From: an uncultured Geobacter sp.
Lineage (GTDB): Bacteria; Desulfobacterota; Desulfuromonadia; Geobacterales; CAIOGM01
DNA: 64,000 bases
Direction: 5' to 3'
NCBI GenBank assembly: GCA_903902855.1
Contig: CAIUWK010000068.1
Coordinates: 74,558-138,557, forward strand
A model generated the notes under the pieces. It was not told where the DNA came from and did not search any database. It worked only from the letters and a program-made list of their open reading frames with translations. Within the stretch, counting starts at the first letter, position 1. The number at the start of each line of letters is the position of its first letter. Shown piece after piece: positions 57,209-64,000 of the stretch. The position numbers and the translations under genes were made by a program.

Positions 57209-58729
57209 ATGTACCGACTGACAACGAAGAGATCCCTCCTGGCCCACGGCGTCGCCGCGATGTTGTTGACTCTCACCCTGGCCGCCATGGCCGCGGCCCA
57301 GGAAGGTCGCGTGGGGATCACTCTGCAAGAGGCCATCCGGTCGGCCGCGGAGAATAACCTGGACGTCAGGGTCGAGCTGTACAACCCGGCCCAGGCGGAG
57401 TCGGACATCCGAAGAAATCGGGCCATCTATGACCCGAATCTCACGGCTCAAGTAAACTATGGGGTAAACAGTTCGGCCAGCCTGGGAGCCATCAACACGT
57501 TCAAATCCTTCGACTTGGCCGCAGCTCTGAGTCAACTGACCCCCTGGGGAGGGACGGTGGCTCTTTCCCTGGACAACGGCTGGTCCAGGACCGAATACAG
57601 CGCACTCGTCAACGGCAGACAAGGCGAATATTTTCTCAACAAACTGGCTCTTTCCGTCAGTCAGCCGCTCCTCAAGAAATTCGGCAGGGAGAACACCGAA
57701 CTGAACATCTCCCTGGCATCCTTCAACAAGGAAGCATCCCTGCAGCAGTTCCTGACGCGACTCACCGGCGTCATAACCCAGGTACGGACCGAATATTTCA
57801 AGCTCTACTCTCTGCGGGAGAACCTGGAGGTAAACAAGACCTCCCTGACCCTGGCGGAGAAGATCCTTGCTGAAACCAGGGCAAAGGTCAAAGCCGGGGT
57901 GTTGCCGGCCATGGAGATCCTCAACGCCGAGTTCAATGTCTCCACCAGAGAAAACGCCCTCATCAACGCGGAGCGGGCTCTGCGTGACGAACGGGATCTG
58001 CTCCGGACCCTCTGCCAGATCACCCGGCCGGGAGAGATCGACCCGGTGGATTCACCGGTGACGGTCTCATTCTCCTTCGCGGAACCGGATTCGGTCACGA
58101 GCGCCCTGAGCAGACGTCCGGAGCTGAGACAACTGCGGGAAAACATCAAGAGCTCCGAACTCCAGGAACGGTTCCTGCGGAATCAGACTCTCCCTGACCT
58201 GTCACTGGTGGCATCCGCCGGTCTTCAGGGGATCGACAGCAGGTACGGTGCCCAGTGGGAATCCATGGGGCGTGGTGACTACCCGGTCTGGAGCGTCGGC
58301 TTCTCCTTTGCCTACCCCCTGGGGAATAACGCCGCGCTGAACGACTCCATCAAAGGGAGACTCAAGACGGAACAGCTTCGTCTCCAGTTGCAGAGTCAGG
58401 AAGAGGCGATCGCCAATGAAGTCCGCTCCGCCATCCGTGGCGTTCAGGCCGGCTACAAACAGCTGGATGTAACCGCCCGGGGGAGTGCCTACGCCCAGGA
58501 GGTCCTGAATGCCTATGTCAAGAAAGCGGCGGTGGGACTGGCCACCACCAAGGATGTGTTCGACGTGCAGAACAACCTGGTGGCTGCCAAGGGGGCCGAG
58601 ATCTCGGCCCGGGCCGGGTATGACAACGCCCTCACCCTCTACTGGAAAGCCACCGGTGAGACCCTCGACCGGGAGGGGATAAAGATCAACGGAAAAGAGG
58701 CCGACGCACTCTACGGAAAGCTGAAGTGA
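57209..58729 (+). CDS. TolC family outer membrane protein
   Basis: Start taken at MYRLTTKRSLL (signal peptide ..AAMAAAQE). Two OEP repeats with a typical coiled-coil/beta pattern. Confidence 0.8.
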   Translation: MYRLTTKRSLLAHGVAAMLLTLTLAAMAAAQEGRVGITLQEAIRSAAENNLDVRVELYNPAQAESDIRRNRAIYDPNLTAQVNYGVNSSASLGAINTFKSFDLAAALSQLTPWGGTVALSLDNGWSRTEYSALVNGRQGEYFLNKLALSVSQPLLKKFGRENTELNISLASFNKEASLQQFLTRLTGVITQVRTEYFKLYSLRENLEVNKTSLTLAEKILAETRAKVKAGVLPAMEILNAEFNVSTRENALINAERALRDERDLLRTLCQITRPGEIDPVDSPVTVSFSFAEPDSVTSALSRRPELRQLRENIKSSELQERFLRNQTLPDLSLVASAGLQGIDSRYGAQWESMGRGDYPVWSVGFSFAYPLGNNAALNDSIKGRLKTEQLRLQLQSQEEAIANEVRSAIRGVQAGYKQLDVTARGSAYAQEVLNAYVKKAAVGLATTKDVFDVQNNLVAAKGAEISARAGYDNALTLYWKATGETLDREGIKINGKEADALYGKLK

Positions 58730-58805
58730 CCTGATTGACCAACGAGTCGGCATCTCCACTCTCCTGTGCAAGGAGCAGGGGAGACGTTGACAAAGGAGAT
58801 TCAAC

Positions 58806-60053
58806 ATGCGACATGGCAAACGGACAGTGTCAGGCGTCCTCATCTTGGCGGCATGCCTTCTTCCCGGCATTGTCGCCGCGGCGGAGCCGGCAAAAAAAGC
58901 GGTGCCGGCAAAAATAACCGTTACCTTCCCCCTGGGGACGGCGACACCGTCGGAAGTTTGCGGCGACTGCCACAAGGCCATCTATGGCGAACATTCCCAT
59001 GGTTTCGGCAGTGACAATCCGGCCATGAGCATCATGACCTCCGCCTGGAAAAACCGCACCTCCTTGAGCCCGACCGCACGCGGCAGCTCCCATGCCCTAG
59101 CAGGGGTCGATTTATTCCCCCTCCACTCCCGGGATGCCGAAGAGGAGGGAAAATCGTGCAATAGCTGTCACTTCCCCAAGGCATATATACTCCCGGACCT
59201 GGACGTGGCGGAGGTGACGAAACCGAACCCCCGTGATAAGAAAGATGAGTTCGGCGGCCTGACCTGCGCCAGCTGCCACCTGACGCCGGAGGGAAAGGTG
59301 CGCGCTCCCTACAATCTCCGGGCCCCCCACGAAAATTTCCCCGATGCCCGGATGAAGAGCTCGGTCCTCTGCGCCACCTGTCACTCTCTGGGGAAGCGGG
59401 TCGTAGGGAAGCAGGATCAGACCTATCTGGAATGGCGTGATGACTACTGGCGAAAAGGGTTGGGGTATAGCTGCCAGCAGTGTCATATGCCCCGGACTAA
59501 CCGTCAGCTGTCCGAAGAGTACGATGTGCCGGATCGGGTAGTGGCGCGTCATCTCTGGACCGGGGGGAGATCGCTGCAGCGGCTGCAGAGCGCCCTGAGC
59601 CAGGCGGTGGTCATTCCCCAGCCGGGAAGTTCAAAGCTTGAGATTCACCTCCTGAATATCGGTGCGGGTCATTCCGTCCCCACCGGTTCCAGCCGACGGG
59701 GGGTCTATCTGCAGGCGGAGATCCGGGATGCTCAGGGAAAGGTGGCGGCGCACCAGGAGTGGCTCTTTGCCCCCTCCTATGGAGCGCGCCCCGATGACAG
59801 GAAACACCTTACGGAAGACAAAACGCGCCTGGACGCGGTGGCAGTCATGCAGGCGGATGCCCAGGGGCCCCATGAGCCGATCATTCGCGCCGGTGAAGAA
59901 CGGATCATCCGCTGGTCGCCACCATTGAAACCGGGGGTCTATACTCTCACGACCCGTCTTTTGTACGATCTCAACCGGTATAACGACCGGAACATCAGTG
60001 ACGACCAGAAACTGATGGGTTCCGCGGAGACGTCGATTACCGTCACCAACTGA
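58806..60053 (+). CDS. Periplasmic pentahaem c-type cytochrome
   Basis: 415 aa. Signal peptide and five CXXCH motifs (CGDCH, CNSCH, CASCH, CATCH, CQQCH). The C-terminal ~150 aa are beta-rich and haem-free. Confidence 0.85.
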   Translation: MRHGKRTVSGVLILAACLLPGIVAAAEPAKKAVPAKITVTFPLGTATPSEVCGDCHKAIYGEHSHGFGSDNPAMSIMTSAWKNRTSLSPTARGSSHALAGVDLFPLHSRDAEEEGKSCNSCHFPKAYILPDLDVAEVTKPNPRDKKDEFGGLTCASCHLTPEGKVRAPYNLRAPHENFPDARMKSSVLCATCHSLGKRVVGKQDQTYLEWRDDYWRKGLGYSCQQCHMPRTNRQLSEEYDVPDRVVARHLWTGGRSLQRLQSALSQAVVIPQPGSSKLEIHLLNIGAGHSVPTGSSRRGVYLQAEIRDAQGKVAAHQEWLFAPSYGARPDDRKHLTEDKTRLDAVAVMQADAQGPHEPIIRAGEERIIRWSPPLKPGVYTLTTRLLYDLNRYNDRNISDDQKLMGSAETSITVTN

Positions 60054-60098
60054 TCCACAGAACGTTTGACGCCGCCATGAAGGTGGCGGCAAGATCCC

Positions 60099-60136
60099 GT
60101 AACAGAAAAACCCGCGAAAGCGGGTTTTTCTGTTAC
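60099..60136. terminator. Bidirectional intrinsic terminator
   Basis: Perfect 17-bp stem GTAACAGAAAAACCCGC-GAAA-GCGGGTTTTTCTGTTAC, with U-tracts on both strands. Lies between the convergent cytochrome and Cys-rich/yggS genes. Confidence 0.8.
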
Positions 60137-60168
60137 TGCTCGGCATGTCGCGAGTTCGCCACTGCCGG

Positions 60169-60339
60169 CTACCGCGGCGCCTCTCCATTGAGCAGCTCGT
60201 ATTGTTCAACCTGCTCTTGAAGCGTCATCTTCTTCCGCTCCCCGCAGCCGGTGCGGAGACAGAGGCGGCAGCGGTCATCGCTGCACCACTGACAGCAGCG
60301 GCAATCGGGACAGGGATGCTTCTTGTCATGATCGGGCAT
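60169..60339 (-). CDS. Small cysteine-rich protein (56 aa)
   Basis: Start taken at an internal ATG: MPDHDKKHPCPDCRCCQWCSDDRCRLCLRTGCGERKKMTLQEQVEQYELLNGEAPR*. Nine Cys within 23 residues. Overlaps the yggS 3' end by 14 nt. The family is uncertain. Confidence 0.4.
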   Translation of the reverse strand: MPDHDKKHPCPDCRCCQWCSDDRCRLCLRTGCGERKKMTLQEQVEQYELLNGEAPR

Positions 60340-61024
60340 AGATCCGTTCCCCGAACAGCGCCGAACCGACCCGAACCAGGGTCGCCCCCTCCTGGATGGC
60401 TGCTTCAAAGTCCCCTGACATCCCCATGGAGAGCTCCTGCATCCGGACACCGGGAATTTCGGCCGCGGTTATGACCCCGGCCAAGCGGTGAAGCTCCCTA
60501 AAATAGGGGCGCGCCCCTTCCGGATCATCGAAGAAGGGGGGCATGGTCATGAGTCCCATGATCCGCAAGTGCGGCAGTTCGGCCACCTCCCGGGTCAGCT
60601 CCAGAAGATCGTCACCGGTGGTTCCCCCCTTGGTGGTCTCTCCGGCGATGTTCACCTCCAACAGGATGTCGCAGTTCTTCCCCCCCCTCCCCCACTGGCG
60701 GCTGATCTCCTGGGCCAGGGAGAACCGGTCCACCGAATGGATCATGGTGACCAGACCGACCAGCTGTTTGACCTTGTTGCTCTGGAGGGAGCCGATAAAG
60801 TGCCACTCCACCGGCTCCGACAGAGCTTCTGCCTTGGCGGTGAATTCCTGGACGTAGTTTTCCCCGAAGAGGAGCTGCCCGGCCCGTACCGCCTCCTTTA
60901 CCGCGTCTGCCGATTGGGTCTTGGAGACCGCCACCAGTCGCACGTCATCCGGGTTCCGTCCGGAGCGCAGGGCGGCAGCGGAGATCCGTTCTTGAATTTG
61001 CTTCAGATTTTCGGCAATGCTCAT
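60326..61024 (-). CDS. yggS: YggS family pyridoxal-phosphate homeostasis protein
   Basis: 232 aa. VAVSKT (PLP Lys), HFIG.LQSNK and MGMS.D motifs. Confidence 0.9.
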   Translation of the reverse strand: MSIAENLKQIQERISAAALRSGRNPDDVRLVAVSKTQSADAVKEAVRAGQLLFGENYVQEFTAKAEALSEPVEWHFIGSLQSNKVKQLVGLVTMIHSVDRFSLAQEISRQWGRGGKNCDILLEVNIAGETTKGGTTGDDLLELTREVAELPHLRIMGLMTMPPFFDDPEGARPYFRELHRLAGVITAAEIPGVRMQELSMGMSGDFEAAIQEGATLVRVGSALFGERIYARS

Positions 61025-61059
61025 GTTTGTATCCGGAAGAGCAGGGGCACCGGCTCTGT

Positions 61060-61097
61060 AGGTTGACAGGCTGAAGGGTGAATACCCGAGTAGTTAC
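61060..61097. repeat. Degenerate fragment of the heptamer-arm element (copy F)
   Basis: ..GACAGGCTGAAGGGTGAATACCCGAGTAGTTAC keeps one arm unit and one terminal repeat. Confidence 0.5.
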
Positions 61098-61313
61098 AAA
61101 TCGTCGGCGCCTGGGTAGAATGGCGGGGAGTATAGATGAGGGATGATTCTGTTGTCAAGATATCCCCTCCGTTGTCGTACGTCCCCGGATATCACTAAAT
61201 TTCAAGGAACTCCCCGTCCCGCGCTCGCCTCTATTCCACGCTATACCTTCAAGAAGTTTACGTGTATAATTTGCCCACTTTTTATCTTAATGAAACATAG
61301 AGGAGATGACGCG

Positions 61314-63281
61314 ATGGCCATTCGGAAAAAAATTGGATTTGCCTGGAACATGATCAGCCTCGTCGGAATAGTTCTGGCGGTCACCGCTGCCGGTCTCACC
61401 GTCGCGTTTACGGCCTATGAGATGATGGCCGAAGCGGAACATGCCTATCTGGGACTCATGACGTTTTTTGTGTTCCCGGCCATGATGGTCGCCGGATTGA
61501 TCCTGGTTCCCGTCGGAGCATGGCTGAAGCGTAACGATCTGCGGAAATCCGCTCTGGAAGGGAAGATATCCCTTGATGAGGAGATACAGGCATTCCCGAC
61601 CCTTAACTTGAACGACCCGCACAAACGCCAAATGTTCATTTTCTTCATCATGGCCACGATCATCTTTGTCATTATCATGGCAATCGCCTCCATCAAGGGT
61701 TTCGAATTCACCGAGTCGACCACCTTCTGCGGCACTCTCTGCCACCCGGTCATGACTCCCGAGTATACGGCTTGGCAAAACTCTCCCCATGCCAAGGTCA
61801 GGTGCGTTGAATGCCACGTCGGCCCCGGAGCGGCATGGTACGTCAAGGCCAAGGTATCCGGAATGAAACAATTGTATGCGGTCATATTCCATACCTACCC
61901 GGAAACCATCGAGACCCCCATCGATAACCTCCGGCCGGCGCGGGAAACCTGTGAGCACTGTCACTGGCCCGATAAATTCTCCGTTGCCCGCCAGAAAATC
62001 TTCTACCACTACGCTCCCGATGAGGACAACACCCCTCGCAAGATCGACATGCTGATCCATATCGGCGGTTCACCGTTGAAAGCCACGACCAACGGTATCC
62101 ACTGGCATATCGGTTCAGAGGTTACCTATATTGCCCGGGACCAGAAACGTACCTCTATCTCCTATATTGCGGTCAAGGACAAGAGCGGCAAGGTGACCGA
62201 ATTCATGGATACCGAGAAGCCTCTGACCAAGGATGAGATCGCCAAAGCGAATAAGCGGTTGATGGACTGCACCGACTGTCACAACCGGCCGACCCATATC
62301 TATAACTCGCCCAGTGAGGGGATGGACCTGAATTTTGTCTCAAACCTCGTCGACCGAAAGCTCCCCTTCATAAAGAAGGTCTCCGTTGAACTGCTCAACC
62401 GCCCCTACAAGACCAAGGAAGAGGGGTTTGCCACCATCGCCACTGGGATTCCGGCCTACTACGCCAAAAATTATCCGAAGATTGCCCAGGAAAAGGGGGA
62501 AGCCATCAACGCTGCCGTGGTTCAAGTGAAGGATATCTATGAGCGGAACTTTTTCCCGGCAATGAAGGTCAAGTGGAGCACCTATCCGAATAATATCGGC
62601 CATTTCTATACGCCGGGTTGTTTCCGGTGCCATGATGACAAGCACAAGTCGGCCGATGGCAAGGTTATCTCCAAGAGCTGCGAACTCTGTCACGAAGTCC
62701 TCGGCCAGATCCAGGAAAACATCCCGCCTGGAACGGTGGTCAACCAGTTCGTTCATCCCGTGGACATCGGCGACGATCTCTTCGAGACTAACTGTAGCGA
62801 CTGCCATGCTGCCGGCGGCCACGATGGTACCGCCAAAGGTGCCACGACGACACTCAAGCCGACAGGACATGCGGCCGCCGTTGGCGTGACCTTGAGTTCT
62901 CAGAAGAACCAGGAAGCGGCAAAGGCCATGGTAAAGAGTGCCCTGGCATATCTGAAGGCGAACGGCAAGGCTAAGACCCTGCTTGAAATCAGCGAAGCCA
63001 AAGGACAATTTGTCAAAGGGGAACAGTACCTTTTTGCCATCGATCTGCAGGGACGAATGCTTGCCCATGGCGCAAATCCGACTCTGGTAGGGAAGAGCAT
63101 GATTGAATTCAAGGATCCTGACGGGAAGTATTTCTTTAAGGATTTTATCAGCGTAGCCCGGAAGGGAAATGGCTGGGTCACCTATAAATGGATCAATCCC
63201 GTAACCAGGAAGACCGAGCCGAAGTCTTCTTACGTGGAGATGGCAGAAGATTTCATTATCGGGTGCGGTATTTATCGCTAG
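61314..63281 (+). CDS. Inner-membrane heptahaem NapC/NirT-family cytochrome (ImcH-like) with C-terminal sCache_2-like domain
   Basis: Start taken at MAIRKKIGF (AGGAG 8 nt upstream). Three TM segments. Haem motifs CGTLCH (CX3CH), CVECH, CEHCH, CTDCH, CFRCH, CELCH, CSDCH. The C-terminal ~130 aa match the single-Cache pattern (..GEQYLFAIDLQGRMLAHGANP.LVGKS...KDPDGKYF......GWVTYKW.NP.T...E.K.SYV......IIGCGIY). Confidence 0.85.
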   Translation: MAIRKKIGFAWNMISLVGIVLAVTAAGLTVAFTAYEMMAEAEHAYLGLMTFFVFPAMMVAGLILVPVGAWLKRNDLRKSALEGKISLDEEIQAFPTLNLNDPHKRQMFIFFIMATIIFVIIMAIASIKGFEFTESTTFCGTLCHPVMTPEYTAWQNSPHAKVRCVECHVGPGAAWYVKAKVSGMKQLYAVIFHTYPETIETPIDNLRPARETCEHCHWPDKFSVARQKIFYHYAPDEDNTPRKIDMLIHIGGSPLKATTNGIHWHIGSEVTYIARDQKRTSISYIAVKDKSGKVTEFMDTEKPLTKDEIAKANKRLMDCTDCHNRPTHIYNSPSEGMDLNFVSNLVDRKLPFIKKVSVELLNRPYKTKEEGFATIATGIPAYYAKNYPKIAQEKGEAINAAVVQVKDIYERNFFPAMKVKWSTYPNNIGHFYTPGCFRCHDDKHKSADGKVISKSCELCHEVLGQIQENIPPGTVVNQFVHPVDIGDDLFETNCSDCHAAGGHDGTAKGATTTLKPTGHAAAVGVTLSSQKNQEAAKAMVKSALAYLKANGKAKTLLEISEAKGQFVKGEQYLFAIDLQGRMLAHGANPTLVGKSMIEFKDPDGKYFFKDFISVARKGNGWVTYKWINPVTRKTEPKSSYVEMAEDFIIGCGIYR

Positions 63282-63446
63282 AGAAACCCGGAAGCCACCG
63301 GCAACACCGGTGAAATTCCATGCAGGGGCGATTCGCGAATGGTCGATTCGTGAATCGCCCCTACGCTGACTGTGACGCCTGCGACCACAGGGAGAGGTGC
63401 TGGGGAGAACGGAGGAAGAGTTGAAGAGGAGGTCACTATCGTGGCG

Positions 63447-63480
63447 CAAAACTGACCGGTGTTTTTTGGGCCGGTTCAGC
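63447..63480 (-). terminator. Putative intrinsic terminator after the oxidoreductase gene
   Basis: Minus strand has CTGAACCGG - loop - CCGGTCAG followed by TTTTG, about 25 nt past the stop. Confidence 0.4.
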
Positions 63481-63504
63481 CGCAAATCACCGCAAGAGCC
63501 ATTG

Positions 63505-64000
63505 TCAAAAAACGCTGCTGCCGCAATCTCGTACCCCCAGCATTTCCCGATAGTAACCGTCATGACGCGGCGAGGCAAGAATCGCTTTGATGCTCCGGTC
63601 CACCCGCTTTTGGGAACGGTAGAGCTGATAGACATAGCCGGACATGCGGGTGTCGCCGATTATGAGATAACCGTTGATCTTCCCATCTTTCAAATAGACT
63701 CTGCGCCAGATGTCTCCCTGCTCCCAGGTGACCGCCTCGCCACTGAAGCTCCCCGCTGAAACGATGGGGAAGTCGATATGCTTTTTGAGCACGTTGGTGT
63801 TAATGGAGCCGGGATAGACGCCGTCGCCGTGCATCAAATGGCGGGCCGCAGTGCGGGCCTGGAGCATGGCGTTGGGATAGGTGGCGTAGATGCCGTCACG
63901 ACCGTCCACCAGGTGCGGGGTGACCGCCACGTCTCCGGCGCAGTAGATGGACGGGTCGGCCAGCATCTGGGCGCTCACCGCCACCCCCCGATCCTCCCCG
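63505..64000 (-). CDS. FAD/NAD(P)-dependent pyridine nucleotide-disulfide oxidoreductase, C-terminal part; 5' end beyond the right edge
   Basis: The frame is open to the window edge. Contains IYCAGDVA (FAD motif) followed by a dimerisation-type C-terminal domain. Confidence 0.65.
   Translation of the reverse strand, partial: GEDRGVAVSAQMLADPSIYCAGDVAVTPHLVDGRDGIYATYPNAMLQARTAARHLMHGDGVYPGSINTNVLKKHIDFPIVSAGSFSGEAVTWEQGDIWRRVYLKDGKINGYLIIGDTRMSGYVYQLYRSQKRVDRSIKAILASPRHDGYYREMLGVRDCGSSVF

Noticed and set aside
63320-63362. An 11-bp-stem hairpin (AGGGGCGATTC...GAATCGCCCCT) after the ImcH-like gene, considered as a terminator.
   Set aside because: No U-tract follows on either strand. It may still be a structural element, but I cannot support a terminator call.

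Overview
GC-rich bacterial chromosome segment. By gene content it looks Desulfuromonadales/Geobacter-like (multihaem cytochromes, an ImcH-like quinol dehydrogenase, cbb3 oxidase, many PAS/CHASE kinases); this taxonomic call is inference only. All protein calls rest on motifs I recognise by eye in the supplied ORF translations and in my own translations; no searches were run. Most genes are housekeeping genes on the minus strand: panE, hrpB, tRNA-Glu/Gln, large NAD-GDH, corA, proS, ispG, folA, prfB (with its programmed +1 frameshift), lnt, the ybeY neighbourhood, and eno on the plus strand. A complete cbb3 oxidase and assembly cluster runs Rrf2-ccoN-ccoO-ccoQ-ccoP-ccoG-fixH ... ccoI. It is split by a visibly AT-richer region of about 5.3 kb containing toxin-antitoxin modules (HicAB, RES-Xre, a HigBA-like pair, a ParE relic), decayed integrase and IstB fragments, and G-rich tandem repeats. 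The most unusual non-genic signal is a family of intergenic hairpin elements. Their arms are arrays of heptamers ((CTGAAGG)n / (CCTTCAG)n) around a conserved core. Every copy between co-directional genes has the same orientation relative to transcription. One variant keeps the core signature but carries a different self-complementary heptamer (GGGACCN). Other points of interest: a CarH-type B12 module (Wx9EH plus ExHxxG) with no DNA-binding domain, placed next to a CHASE/PAS kinase; a heptahaem NapC/NirT-type cytochrome fused to an sCache domain; a ~150-nt non-coding module shared by two AT-rich islets; several pseudogenes (a sigma-54 response regulator, YoeB, ParE); and a 33-codon uORF abutting corA. 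I found no CRISPR array, no rRNA and no recognisable complete defence system.
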